64,000 nt of DNA. Source: Clostridia bacterium (GTDB lineage: Bacteria; Bacillota; Clostridia; Christensenellales; CAG-138). The notes under the pieces were generated by a model. It was not told the DNA's origin. It saw only the letters and a program-made list of their open reading frames with translations, and did not search any database. Made by a program: the position numbers and the translations under genes. Where the stretch lies: positions 1,344 to 65,343 of the forward strand of contig JAFPWD010000001.1 of NCBI GenBank assembly GCA_017395105.1. Reading direction: 5' to 3'. Positions 1 through 10,079 of this stretch are shown here, one piece after another (position 1 is the first letter of the stretch; the number at the start of each line of letters is the position of its first letter).

Positions 1-1507
1 CCAAGCTGCCGCTCGTTTCAAAAACGGTCTGGCCGTTCACTTTGAAGCGGAAATAATCGCTGTTCTGCTGGGAGGATACCTTGTAGGAGAAGCTGATGCG
101 CTGATATGCGCCGAGCTTGACCTTGCTTTCAAGAACTGAAGAGGAGTTGTTCACACCCGCGTTTCCACTGTAAACGGAGTTGCCGTCCACGATCCACGGA
201 TGGTTTCCGGGGGAAGTGAAGTGCAGACTCGTGTTTTCACCGTTGAGATAAACGTCGTACTTGAGAAGATCGGTAACGCAGAGCAGACCGTCGCCGCCGC
301 CAACGAGACCTTCATCCACGGATGCCGCCTTGATAACGGAAACAATGCTGTCCGGATCAATGTCGGGATAATAGCTCTTGAGCATTGCGCAGGCCGCCGA
401 AACGTGCGGGGTGGCCATGCTGGTGCCGCTGTAGGCGTGGTAGCCGCCGCCGGGAATGCAGCTGTTGATGCTCTCACCCGGAGCGGTGATATCAACGCAG
501 GGGCCGATGTTGGAGAAGTTGGACATAGTTCTGTTCTGACCGTGCGATGCAACGGTGAAGGAGCGATCGATGCAGCCGGGAACGTAGCTCATAGCGTTGC
601 CGCCGTCGTTGCCGGAAGCCACGCAGTAAACCGTGCCGGAGTCGAAGCCGGTGTTTATGACCTCGGAATAAAGGGCGAACGCATCGTCGGTCTTGGGACC
701 GCGAAGGCTCGCGTTTGCGATCTGGAAGCCGTTCAGATGGGCGTATTCAAAGCCGTTTACGATGTCGGTGGTGGTGCCGTATCCGCCCGAATCCATGACC
801 TTGATGCCTACGACCTTGACGTTCGGCAGGGTGCCGTCCACAACGGTGCCCGCAACGTGGGTGCCGTGATAGTGGTCGTCGTCGGGGTTGGAATCGCCGT
901 TTGCAAAGTCGTAGCCGATGTTCAGAACACGGCCGGAGAAGAAGGGGTGGTTTGTATCGATGCCGGTGTCGATAACGCCGACGATGATCTCGGGAAGCTC
1001 GTCCACCGTAACTCCGTCCTCAAGCAGCCATTCGTTGTAGTTGAATGCGCCAACGTGGTTCGGCCGGTAGCCCCAGGAAAGGAAGGAGTCCTCGTGCGGC
1101 TGCTGCGCAATGCTCATAATGGCATCGGGCGCGGCATACTGAACGCAGTCGAGCTTTTTGTATGCTTCGGCGGCCTTTTCGGCGGCCTCGGGGCTTGCGT
1201 ACTGGATGATATGCCAGTCGTTATAGCCGTTCACATGGTCGATCGAGCCGGTGTAATCGAGCTGCTTTGCGCTCTTAACGATGATTCGCGCATTCGCATA
1301 GGGGTCGTCCATCGCCTTGGCCCTGTTCACCTCGGGAGCGCTGCGCTTTTCCATTTCGTGCAGGCGCTCGGAAAAGTCGAGGAGCTTTTCGATGCGTGCC
1401 TCGCGGCTCTCCTCGGCGGAGGCCGAAGCGGAGAAGGCACCTGCGGGCACGAGCGCGATCAGAAGCGCGGCCGCAAGCAGCAGAGAGAGAAGCTTTTTGA
1501 AGTTCAT
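1..1507 (-). CDS. Secreted S8 (subtilisin-family) serine peptidase, 3' end runs off the window
   Basis: Absent from the ORF track because it has no stop in the window. Manual translation from ATG 1507 (GGAGG RBS): signal peptide MNFKKLLSLLLAAALLIALVPAGA; triad motifs IIVGVIDTGID, HGTHVAGT, SGTSMATPHVS; then a C-terminal module LNGENTSLHFTSPGNHPWIVDGNSVYSGNAGVNNSSS. Confidence 0.93.
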   Translation of the reverse strand, partial: MNFKKLLSLLLAAALLIALVPAGAFSASASAEESREARIEKLLDFSERLHEMEKRSAPEVNRAKAMDDPYANARIIVKSAKQLDYTGSIDHVNGYNDWHIIQYASPEAAEKAAEAYKKLDCVQYAAPDAIMSIAQQPHEDSFLSWGYRPNHVGAFNYNEWLLEDGVTVDELPEIIVGVIDTGIDTNHPFFSGRVLNIGYDFANGDSNPDDDHYHGTHVAGTVVDGTLPNVKVVGIKVMDSGGYGTTTDIVNGFEYAHLNGFQIANASLRGPKTDDAFALYSEVINTGFDSGTVYCVASGNDGGNAMSYVPGCIDRSFTVASHGQNRTMSNFSNIGPCVDITAPGESINSCIPGGGYHAYSGTSMATPHVSAACAMLKSYYPDIDPDSIVSVIKAASVDEGLVGGGDGLLCVTDLLKYDVYLNGENTSLHFTSPGNHPWIVDGNSVYSGNAGVNNSSSVLESKVKLGAYQRISFSYKVSSQQNSDYFRFKVNGQTVFETSGSL

Positions 1508-1579
1508 TTGGTTTCCTCCGATGATTTTTTATATCAAACGGCGCAGCGAAGCCGTGCCGTTTGGATAGCGGATCATTTA

Positions 1580-2812
1580 TCATTCATCGCGATCTCTTTT
1601 TTTTCTTTTGCCGACAAGCAGCACGGAGGCTGCGGCAATGGCAAGCGCAGCGGCGCTGCCGATGACCAGATACCCTATCTTCGGTGCAGCGGAGGGCTCG
1701 GCGGGCTCGAGCGTCACGATGGGTGAGGGGGAGAAGCGCGCATAGGGATCGAAGGTTGAAGCGCCGTCCGGCGTTGCCGTATCCGTGCTCGAATCGGGTG
1801 CTGCGCTGCCGTCGGGAGCGGGCGTGATCTTGCCGCCGCTCGGGGTAATGCCGATAGTTGGGAAGGGCGTAGCGCCGAAGCGCGCGAAGGGATCGATGCT
1901 TGCCGAGGGATCGGCGGAAGGTGTGTGAGCCGCCGTATTGCCGGGGGTTACGGGCGCACTCGAGGGTCTCGGAATGAGAGTTGCACCGGGTCTCGGGGTG
2001 GGGGTTACGGGCGCGCTCGTGGGTCTCGAAGTCGGAGTGGCGGGCGCAGCCGTTGTTCCGGGTCTCGGAGTGGGTGTGACGGGGGCGTTCGTGGGTCTCG
2101 GAGTCGGTGTTGCAGGCGCATTTGAAGGCCTCGGAGTGGGGGTAACGGGTGCGCTCGTGGGAGTTGGAGTGGGGGTAACGGTGGGCGTGCCCGGAGTGGA
2201 TGTCGGTCTCGGAGTGGGTGGAGGCGTGGGGCCGGATTCCGAAACGATTATCTTGCCGGATGTGACAGAGTGAGACATATTCAGCGGATCGGTTACACCG
2301 ATGGGCATATAAATGAATTCGTGAACCTTGAGAGTAAGAGGGATAACGGTGCCGTCAGGAACATCCGGATTGATGGTAAGCATTGCGCTGAAAATGACGC
2401 CGTTCGCCGTGATGGGATCGACTGGCATTATAACGCCGAGGCGGATGGAATTTGGAATCGTTGTGTGGTCGAGAAGTATGATACCGCCGAGGCTTCCTAC
2501 CTGAGTCAATACCTCTCCGTATGCTGTGCTGAGAACGGTAACGGCAGAATTGTTATAGTCGAGCCAAAGATGGAGCCCGTGAGCCTCGAAATTACCGTAA
2601 AGCGTCACGGAAATGTTCACGGTCTCACCAGGGCGCGCCGTGATTGTGGGCGCGCTGAAGTTGCCGTAGTACGGTAGAGGAGTCGACTCGGATTCGATAA
2701 TCGTCGGCACGCTGAAAGCGGCGCTTGCGCGCTCCGCCTTAAGCGGGGCGGGGGAAAAGGAAAACAGCATCAGTATTGCGGCGGCAATAAGCGCCGCGGT
2801 GATTCTTTTCAT
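1580..2812 (-). CDS. Single-cohesin surface protein with Pro/Thr-rich linker and C-terminal membrane anchor
   Basis: Signal peptide MKRITAALIAAAILM. Cohesin-like domain (~2240-2660: ARPGETVNISVTL..FEAHGLHLWLDYN..TIPNSIRLGVIMP..ANGVIF) is clearly homologous to the cohesins of 55009..58539. TPTPRP repeats, hydrophobic segment and KRKKR tail follow. Confidence 0.8.
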   Translation of the reverse strand: MKRITAALIAAAILMLFSFSPAPLKAERASAAFSVPTIIESESTPLPYYGNFSAPTITARPGETVNISVTLYGNFEAHGLHLWLDYNNSAVTVLSTAYGEVLTQVGSLGGIILLDHTTIPNSIRLGVIMPVDPITANGVIFSAMLTINPDVPDGTVIPLTLKVHEFIYMPIGVTDPLNMSHSVTSGKIIVSESGPTPPPTPRPTSTPGTPTVTPTPTPTSAPVTPTPRPSNAPATPTPRPTNAPVTPTPRPGTTAAPATPTSRPTSAPVTPTPRPGATLIPRPSSAPVTPGNTAAHTPSADPSASIDPFARFGATPFPTIGITPSGGKITPAPDGSAAPDSSTDTATPDGASTFDPYARFSPSPIVTLEPAEPSAAPKIGYLVIGSAAALAIAAASVLLVGKRKKRDRDE

Positions 2813-3034
2813 TGGAAACAGCCTTTCTTTCGTATCCGATGGAATGTGAGAGATCGATCGTTCGCGCACGGCGAGGTGCGCACGAATCAACAGAATAATT
2901 ATACATTATAGAGCTTCAAAAGGCAAATTCAAATCCACCCGAAAGATAATATATTGAGGGCGCGGAGATACGGACCGGAAATCGGTAAAGCAGCGCTTCG
3001 ATCGAGAAATCTTCAAATATATGTTCAAAAAGCA

Positions 3035-3063
3035 TTTACACAGCCTTTTTAGGATGATATAAT
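3035..3063 (+). promoter_or_regulatory. sigmaA promoter for the MATE gene (near-leaderless transcript)
   Basis: TTTACA-17-TATAAT with extended TG; ATG at 3073 with no clear RBS. Confidence 0.6.
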
Positions 3064-3072
3064 TCCAAGGCT

Positions 3073-4476
3073 ATGGAAAAATCTCTAAATAAAGCAAAAA
3101 TCGCACCCAATATCCCAAACAAGATGGGCACGAAGCCGATAGGAAGGCTTCTTTTCGGCATGGCCGTTCCGCTCGTTATCTCCATGCTCGTTCAAGCGCT
3201 CTACAACGTTGTGGACAGCTACTTCGTTGCGCACTACAGCGACAGCGCACTCAAGGCGGTTTCGCTCGCCTATCCGATCCAAATGCTGATGATCGCCGTT
3301 TCGGTCGGCACCTCGGTGGGCATGAACTCCTATATTTCAAGAAAGCTCGGCGCGGGAGAGCACGATGCGGCGAACCGAGGCGCGGCAAACGGAATGTTTC
3401 TTCTGTTCGTGTCCTCGCTCGTTTTTGCCGTTCTCGGCTTCTTCACCCGTCCGTTCTTCAAGCTGTTTACGGACAAGAGCGATCTTTTGGAATACGGCGT
3501 TACCTATCTGCGCATCTGTATGTGGTTCTGCACCGGCGTATTTTTACAGCTTGGCTGTGAGAGGATACTTCAGTCCATGGGTAAGAACGGTCTTTCCATG
3601 ACCACTCAGCTCATCGGCGCGGTTACCAATATCATTCTCGATCCGATCCTCATCTTCGGCAAATTCGGCTTCCCCGCACTTGGCGTTGCGGGTGCGGCGT
3701 ATGCAACCGTTATCGGCCAATGGGTCGGTCTTGCCGTTGCGCTTGTGCTCGTTCTCGGCAAAAAGCACGAGGTAACGCTCAGCTTCAAGGGCTTCAAGCC
3801 CTGCGGCGAAACCGTGAAGGAGATCTACCGCGTCGGCCTTCCGAGCATACTGCTTCAGGCGATAGGCTCGGTTATGAATATCGGAATGAACACCATCTTC
3901 GCCCGCGTGCTCAATGATGACGGCGGCGTTGCGATAATGGGCGTTTATTTCAAGGTGCAGTCGCTTATCTTCATGCCGCTGTTCGGCGTAACGAACGCAA
4001 GTATGTCCATCCTTGCATACAATTTCGGCGCGAAAAACAGGCTGAGGCTCACGAAGGCTTGGCGGCTGACTCTGAGCGTTGCAATAGTTATAATGCTTAT
4101 TGGAACGATAGTTTTCCAGCTCTTCCCCGACCGCATAATCGCGCTTTTCGACAAGGACGGAAGCATAACCTCGGGCGGCACGGCGGCATTCCGCATCGTT
4201 TCGCTCTCGTTCGTGCTCGCGGCGGCTTCGATAACCAATTCCGTCACCTTCGGCGCGCTCGGCAGGGGTACGGCAAGCATGATAATGTCCCTCATTCGCC
4301 AGCTCTGCGTGCTGCTTCCCGCTGCGCTCGTGCTCGCACTCGTTTTTCGCACCGTGGAGTCTGTCTGGTGGAGCTTCCTTATCGCCGAATTCGTGGCGTT
4401 TGCATACAGCTTTATGATGCTCAGAAGGATCTGGAAGAAGGATATAGCGCATCTGCAGGACGGTGCAAGCGTGTAG
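3073..4476 (+). CDS. MATE family efflux transporter
   Basis: LYNVVDSYFVA, NIILDPILIFG, GVAGAAYATVIGQ motifs; ~12 TM segments. Confidence 0.93.
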   Translation: MEKSLNKAKIAPNIPNKMGTKPIGRLLFGMAVPLVISMLVQALYNVVDSYFVAHYSDSALKAVSLAYPIQMLMIAVSVGTSVGMNSYISRKLGAGEHDAANRGAANGMFLLFVSSLVFAVLGFFTRPFFKLFTDKSDLLEYGVTYLRICMWFCTGVFLQLGCERILQSMGKNGLSMTTQLIGAVTNIILDPILIFGKFGFPALGVAGAAYATVIGQWVGLAVALVLVLGKKHEVTLSFKGFKPCGETVKEIYRVGLPSILLQAIGSVMNIGMNTIFARVLNDDGGVAIMGVYFKVQSLIFMPLFGVTNASMSILAYNFGAKNRLRLTKAWRLTLSVAIVIMLIGTIVFQLFPDRIIALFDKDGSITSGGTAAFRIVSLSFVLAAASITNSVTFGALGRGTASMIMSLIRQLCVLLPAALVLALVFRTVESVWWSFLIAEFVAFAYSFMMLRRIWKKDIAHLQDGASV

Positions 4477-4521
4477 CATCGATAAACGCTTAATGCTTAT
4501 GTTAAAAATGAGATAACGAAA

Positions 4522-5736
4522 ATGATTCCTTTGAGCTTTAGCGAAATTAAGAAAAAATACAAGAACATTTGCTTTTTAAGCTTCGATCCTCAGTATCAAA
4601 AGCAAATCGATATGCTGCTGCTGTTCTTTTCAGCAGCCGGCTTCAACGCATTCATTGCGGCGGATTTTGACGGACTGATGGGCAAATATTTTAATTACAG
4701 GCTGAGCTATGGCGATCCTACTAACCCAAAGATCGAGCTGCGCGAGGATCTTATGCGCCATAAAGCTCTCTTAAAGGAGAAGGGAGTTCCGATAGAGGAA
4801 ACAGACGAAAGCGACACTCTGTTTGTGCTGTTGAACAGCATAAGACTTCATTCTATCAATGAGGAAGTACAGATCAGCCTTTGGAAGCTGGGCTTGGAAA
4901 AAGAATGTGCTTTTTATGATTTGAAAAGAAGGTGCTTCTATAAATGCTCCGGACCTGTTCTATCCAATGTGGAATACCATGTTGCGTGGCATTGCAATCT
5001 TAAATGCAAAGGCTGTTCCCATTACAGCAATCTTATCTCCGAGCCGTTATTCGGAACTATCGATTCTTTTACTCAAATATTGATGCGGCTTCGCGAGCTG
5101 TTCGACGATATACTGATCATTAATCTGGTCGGCGGTGAACCGCTTTTGAACAAGGACGTCGGCAGCTTTGTTCTTGTATCGAGAGAGCATTTCCCGAAAG
5201 CAGAGATCAGATTGTTCACAAACGGACTTCTGATCCCTCGGCTCGACGAACAGACGCTTGCCGTTTTCCGCGAAAGCAAAGTCAATGTAAGCATCACAAA
5301 CTATCCGCCTACGAACGCCATTAAGGCGCGGATCAAAAAGGTCCTGTCCGAGCATGGAATTGCTCATATATTCAACAGAAACGTGAGTACTTTTGATTAC
5401 GTTATCGGCGAAACCGAGCGCGATGCTGAGCGGAACTTCAAAAACTGCAGCCAGAAGCTCAATCATCTTAACGACGATGGCAGATTGAGCGTTTGCGGTC
5501 AGCCCTTGTTCTACGATACCATCAAGCATAAGCTTGAGGCGAAGCGCGAGTTATCCGATAGGGATTGGATCGATATTTACAAGGAAGCGAACGGATACGA
5601 GGTGTTGAGCAAGCTGCATACTCCCATACCGTATTGCAAATACTGCAACGAGACAAACAAAGTTTACTTCCAATGGGAGGCTCCATACACTAAGGAGCTT
5701 CACGAGGACGATCCCTGCCTGATTCGGGTGAAGTAA
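4522..5736 (+). CDS. Radical SAM protein
   Basis: CNLKCKGC (CxxxCxxC), LVGGEPLL, FTNG, C-terminal CKYC. Confidence 0.88.
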   Translation: MIPLSFSEIKKKYKNICFLSFDPQYQKQIDMLLLFFSAAGFNAFIAADFDGLMGKYFNYRLSYGDPTNPKIELREDLMRHKALLKEKGVPIEETDESDTLFVLLNSIRLHSINEEVQISLWKLGLEKECAFYDLKRRCFYKCSGPVLSNVEYHVAWHCNLKCKGCSHYSNLISEPLFGTIDSFTQILMRLRELFDDILIINLVGGEPLLNKDVGSFVLVSREHFPKAEIRLFTNGLLIPRLDEQTLAVFRESKVNVSITNYPPTNAIKARIKKVLSEHGIAHIFNRNVSTFDYVIGETERDAERNFKNCSQKLNHLNDDGRLSVCGQPLFYDTIKHKLEAKRELSDRDWIDIYKEANGYEVLSKLHTPIPYCKYCNETNKVYFQWEAPYTKELHEDDPCLIRVK

Positions 5737-5790
5737 AGCGGGCGCGGCGCGGGGCTGCTTATCTGGACACAGCTTCGCCCCGAAGCCGAG

Positions 5791-6075
5791 GTGATCGCCG
5801 TTGTGCCTACGCCAACGGGCGATGACAAAGGATTTGTATTCTATATCGGCGATCCCGAGGTTCTTCCCGAAGACGAAGTCGAGAAATACAAGCTCTCTTA
5901 TGAAGGTCTTGCCGATCATACCTACCCCCCGATGTGCGGCACAATGTTTTTGCAGGCGGACGGCAGCTTCCTGTACGATCATGACGTCTACACCCCCGAT
6001 ATGCTCGGCGAAAATCCCTCTTTGGACGGCGCGGAAAGCTATATAAGAAGCCTTCTTTCGGGGCTTGAGCTCTGA
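5791..6075 (+). CDS. Small acidic hypothetical protein, possibly a 3' gene remnant
   Basis: Coding-like composition, GTG start without a good RBS, followed by a terminator hairpin. Confidence 0.4.
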   Translation: MIAVVPTPTGDDKGFVFYIGDPEVLPEDEVEKYKLSYEGLADHTYPPMCGTMFLQADGSFLYDHDVYTPDMLGENPSLDGAESYIRSLLSGLEL

Positions 6076-6100
6076 TGCGCTCGGTATAAAACCGTTTGAA

Positions 6101-6138
6101 GCGAGCCGCTCCGTTTGGGGCGGCTCGTTCCGTATTTT
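6101..6138 (+). terminator. Intrinsic terminator-like hairpin
   Basis: CGAGCCGCTCC-GTTT-GGGGCGGCTCG followed by a T-rich tract. Confidence 0.6.
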
Positions 6139-6243
6139 GCCGTCAAAAGCATAAGTCTATGATCATCATCGTACTGGACAGCTCGCGGATTTCATGTTAT
6201 ACTGCATAATATAAAAATTCATTCCCAAACAACGGAGGTTTTT

Positions 6244-6732
6244 ATGAAAAAGAGGACTATCGGCATTATTGCCGCCGCTGCGCTGATAATCGCTTTTGCC
6301 GCTGCGCTTATACTGATGAACGGCAGGATATCCTCCATGCGTTTACTGAGTTATCAGGACGTGCATCTTGGAGAGATAATGGCTGCGGATATAGAAGCTA
6401 TGCAGATAGGAAGCTACAATCACCCAACCGAAAAGCGCAGCGTTACGGACGAGGCGCTGCGAAACGAGCTGCTTGATGAGCTGCGCGAGTATATCTCCCA
6501 CGGCAGCTTCCAGAAGGCAAGCGGGCCTGCTGCCTCAAGGAATCCCGGCAACGGCGCGTTTTCCACGATCATTCTGAAGACCGCGGACGGAAAGGAATTC
6601 AGCTTTACGGAGACGGGCGGTGCGCTCAAGCTCGTCACCCCCTACGGAAGCGGCTGGTATTATTCCAGCGTTCTTCCCGGCGTCAGGAGGATAGTTTGGA
6701 AGGCGGATCGGGCATTCACAAATGCGGACTGA
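6244..6732 (+). CDS. Hypothetical exported/membrane-anchored protein
   Basis: GGAGG RBS, N-terminal hydrophobic segment; TGGACA-17-TATACT promoter upstream. Confidence 0.75.
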   Translation: MKKRTIGIIAAAALIIAFAAALILMNGRISSMRLLSYQDVHLGEIMAADIEAMQIGSYNHPTEKRSVTDEALRNELLDELREYISHGSFQKASGPAASRNPGNGAFSTIILKTADGKEFSFTETGGALKLVTPYGSGWYYSSVLPGVRRIVWKADRAFTNAD

Positions 6733-6891
6733 AAAGGAGCTTGACCGATGAAGCCGAAATCAGCCTCCCGAAAATAACGCTCGGCATTATCATGCACTGC
6801 GCTCGAACCGTTCCGTATTCGGACGGTTCTTTTTCTTTACCGCAAATGCTGCGAATAATGTGAATAAAGCCAAAAAACCCGCTTTTATTTA

Positions 6892-6920
6892 TTGACAAAT
6901 CCGCATTTTATCCGTATAAT
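6892..6920 (+). promoter_or_regulatory. sigmaA promoter of greA
   Basis: Perfect TTGACA-17-TATAAT. Confidence 0.8.
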
Positions 6921-7009
6921 AAGCTAAATTGGTATGGTCATTTTTCCGTATGCTTTATCTGCGGAGCATTGACCCTTCCCTTACCCTTATTCAGAGGAGG
7001 ATACGATCC

Positions 7010-7495
7010 ATGGCAGAAGCCGTACATCTTACCAAAGCGGGCAAACAGGCGCTCGAAGAGAAGCTTAAATATTTGATCGACGTTCGCAGAGCCGAGATAG
7101 TTGAGGAAATCGCGACGGCGCGTTCGTTTGGCGACCTCAGCGAAAACGCCGAATACGATGCGGCGCTCGATGCGCAGGCGCATAACGAACTTGAAATAGC
7201 CGAGCTTCAGACGATGCTCGAAAACGTGGTCATAATCGAGGAAGGCGCATCAAGCGGCAACGTTGTGAATATGGGCGCGCTCGTTACGCTTCGCTTCGTG
7301 GATCAGAAGGAAGAGGACGAATTCCAGATAGTCGGCGAGGCGGAGGCGGATTATTTTGCCGTGCCCAAACGCATTTCAAACGATTCTCCGATCGGCGCGG
7401 GCGTTATCGGCCGCAAGGTCGGAGAGACCGTTTCCGTGGAGACCCCCGGCGGCATCACCCGAGTTCGCATACTCGGCATCCGCAAACAGAATTAA
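7010..7495 (+). CDS. greA: Transcription elongation factor GreA
   Basis: GDLSENAEYDAA motif, ISNDSPIG; GGAGG RBS before ATG 7010. Confidence 0.96.
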   Translation: MAEAVHLTKAGKQALEEKLKYLIDVRRAEIVEEIATARSFGDLSENAEYDAALDAQAHNELEIAELQTMLENVVIIEEGASSGNVVNMGALVTLRFVDQKEEDEFQIVGEAEADYFAVPKRISNDSPIGAGVIGRKVGETVSVETPGGITRVRILGIRKQN

Positions 7496-7561
7496 AATAC
7501 AAAGCTTTTTGCAAGCCGCGGTGCAGGCAAAGGGCTTGTTCCGCGGCATATTTAGTTATTA

Positions 7562-7625
7562 AATGAAGAATGAATGATGAAGAGTGAATAATGAATGGTT
7601 GTGGATGAAATTCCGTCGGAATTTC
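7562..7625 (+). repeat. Heptamer-array plus hairpin interspersed repeat (family H)
   Basis: Five degenerate (A/G)(A/G)TGAA(T/G) heptamers, then GGTTGTGGAT and GAAATTCC-GTC-GGAATTTC. Confidence 0.7.
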
Positions 7626-7662
7626 CCGCAATTAAAGCCATAATTCGAGAAAGGAATACCAA

Positions 7663-9180
7663 ATGGAAGAAAACAGAACGGAAAACACCGTGCAGAACGT
7701 TGAAGTTACCGAAAAGGAGCTCAATGAGCTGCTTCAGATCAGAAGGGATAAGCTCAGTGCGCTTCAGGCCGCTGGCAAGAACCCGTTTGAGATAGTCAGA
7801 TTCGATCAAAACGCATTCAGCGCCGATATCAAGGCGGATTTCGATGCGCTTGAGGGCAAGGAGGTCATGATCGCCGGCCGCATGATGGCAAAGCGCATCA
7901 TGGGCAAGGCAAGCTTTGCCGGCATCCGCGATGCAAAGGGCGATATTCAGGCGTATATTCGCAGAGATGATATTGGCGAAGAACCCTATGCCGATTTCAA
8001 GACCTACGATATCGGCGATATTCTCGGCATAACCGGCATCGTTTTCCGCACCAAGACGGGTGAGATCTCGGTTCACGCATCCGATGTGAAGCTGCTTTCC
8101 AAGTCGCTCCGCCCCCTTCCCGAGAAGTTCCACGGGCTGACCGATAAGGAGCTGCGCTATCGCCAGAGGTATGTTGACCTTATCATGAACCCCGAGTCCA
8201 AGCGCAATTTCGAGATAAGGAGCCGCTTCGTTTCGTTCGTTCGCCGCTATCTTGAGGAGCGCGGCTTCCTCGAGGTCGAGACCCCGGTATTGAGCGCGGT
8301 CGCAGGCGGCGCAACGGCTCGTCCGTTCATCACGCATCACAATGCGCTTGATATCGATATGTATATGCGCATCGCCACCGAGCTGCACTTAAAGCGCCTG
8401 ATCGTCGGCGGTATGGATCGCGTTTTCGAGGTCGGCCGCATCTTCCGCAACGAGGGCATGGACACGCGCCACAATCCGGAGTTCACCACCTGCGAGCTTT
8501 ATCAGGCATACACCAATCTTGAGGGCATGATGGATGTGCTCGAAGGCATAATCTCCGGCGCGGCGAAGGAGATTCTCGGCACTTATAAGACCACCTGGCT
8601 CGGTCACGAGATCGACCTTGCACCCGGCTGGAAGCGCATCACGATGGCGGATGCCGTTCTTGAACACACCGGCGCGGACTTCATGGCGATAGAGGGCGAT
8701 GCGGATGCGGCTGTCGCGCTTGCAAAGAGCGTTGGCGTGGATATGGACGGCGTGGATCACACCTGGGGCAATGCGCTTTATGAGACCTTCGATCAGAAGG
8801 TCGAGGAAAAGCTTATTCAGCCCACCTTTATCACGATGTATCCCGTTGAGGTCAGCCCCCTTGCAAAGCGCAGCCCTTCCGACCCGCATCTGACCGAGCG
8901 CTACGAGGCTTTCGTTTGCTCCTGCGAGATGGGCAACGCCTTCAGCGAGCTGAACGATCCGATCGATCAGTACGAGCGCTTCAAGGCGCAGGCCGCCAAG
9001 CGCGCCAAGGGCGACGAGGAAGCCGATATGATGGACGAGGACTTCGTGCTTGCGCTCGAGTACGGTATGCCCCCCACCGGCGGCCTCGGCTTCGGCATCG
9101 ACCGCTGCTGCATGATGCTCGCGGGAACGGACTCCATAAGGGACGTTATACTGTTCCCCACGATGAGGCCGATAGACTGA
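7663..9180 (+). CDS. lysS: Lysine--tRNA ligase (class II)
   Basis: RYRQRYVDL, FRNEG, HNPEFT, YGMPPTGGLGFGIDR; greA-lysS synteny. Confidence 0.98.
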   Translation: MEENRTENTVQNVEVTEKELNELLQIRRDKLSALQAAGKNPFEIVRFDQNAFSADIKADFDALEGKEVMIAGRMMAKRIMGKASFAGIRDAKGDIQAYIRRDDIGEEPYADFKTYDIGDILGITGIVFRTKTGEISVHASDVKLLSKSLRPLPEKFHGLTDKELRYRQRYVDLIMNPESKRNFEIRSRFVSFVRRYLEERGFLEVETPVLSAVAGGATARPFITHHNALDIDMYMRIATELHLKRLIVGGMDRVFEVGRIFRNEGMDTRHNPEFTTCELYQAYTNLEGMMDVLEGIISGAAKEILGTYKTTWLGHEIDLAPGWKRITMADAVLEHTGADFMAIEGDADAAVALAKSVGVDMDGVDHTWGNALYETFDQKVEEKLIQPTFITMYPVEVSPLAKRSPSDPHLTERYEAFVCSCEMGNAFSELNDPIDQYERFKAQAAKRAKGDEEADMMDEDFVLALEYGMPPTGGLGFGIDRCCMMLAGTDSIRDVILFPTMRPID

Positions 9181-9368
9181 AAAAGGCAGTAAATTAAGCT
9201 CTTTTCAACAAGCTTTACTGAAAATACACCCAAAATACACCCGAGCTTAAATACTCGCCCCCTCAAGCTTCGAGTGGGCGAGTATCCGTTTGTATCCGCA
9301 AAAAGCTGTTGTATTTTAGAGTTTTGCAGTTTTGCGGTTTAAAACCGCAAAACTTCCATGGAGGGAAA

Positions 9369-10061
9369 ATGAAACCAACCCTTTACACCTGCGATGACAC
9401 GGGACTCATCTTCGAGCAAAGCTATCGCTATCCGGCTACTTTTTGCGTTCTCAGAAGGTATGAGCCGATATACGAGGAAAATCTGCCGCGCTTTTCATGC
9501 CCGAGGCAGATCTACGCGCTGCCTTTCGGGAAAAAGCCGTTCAAGGTCTATCTCGGCACGGATCGCGAGGGCGCGAGCGAATACTCGCTCGGCATCAGAA
9601 GCGATCTGACGGACGGTGAAAGGGCGTTATTGGAGCGTATGCGCGAGCAATCGGGAGAGCTTTGCGCCCTGCTTCGATCGGAAGCCGATGCGGAGCTGTT
9701 TCACGGTATGCTTGAAGCGGCGGATGAGTATGAGCTTATCCACGCAAGGTGCGCGGGGAGCGACGAGCCCTATCCCGAGGACTATGAGTTTCTTGGGTAT
9801 GATGTGAGCTATCCTGTCGATTGCGGCGGCGCGTTTTCCATAATTTGCGACTGTATGTTTATATGCAGATGGCACGGCTGCGATGACGAAGGCACGCTGT
9901 TTTCCGAGGACTTCGATAAGCTGAATGAACACGGGCTTTTTTCTTCGTTTGACGATGCTTACGCATATATGGTAAAGTATCTGAACGAGGATTGGTCGGA
10001 GCGCGGCGATTATTCGATCTTCGAGGTGCGCGGAAGGAACTGCGGCAAACAGCATGCTTAA
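9369..10061 (+). CDS. Hypothetical protein
   Basis: GGAGGG RBS before ATG 9369; 230 aa ORF with normal codon usage. Confidence 0.7.
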   Translation: MKPTLYTCDDTGLIFEQSYRYPATFCVLRRYEPIYEENLPRFSCPRQIYALPFGKKPFKVYLGTDREGASEYSLGIRSDLTDGERALLERMREQSGELCALLRSEADAELFHGMLEAADEYELIHARCAGSDEPYPEDYEFLGYDVSYPVDCGGAFSIICDCMFICRWHGCDDEGTLFSEDFDKLNEHGLFSSFDDAYAYMVKYLNEDWSERGDYSIFEVRGRNCGKQHA

Positions 10062-10079
10062 AAACGAAAGGAATGTTTT

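Noticed and set aside
200-1726. 508-aa plus-strand ORF
   Set aside because: Antisense shadow of the S8 protease; no motifs, and the real gene with its catalytic triad is on the minus strand.
7496-7662. T-box or lysine riboswitch before lysS
   Set aside because: No T-box consensus; the space is occupied by a hairpin and a family H repeat.
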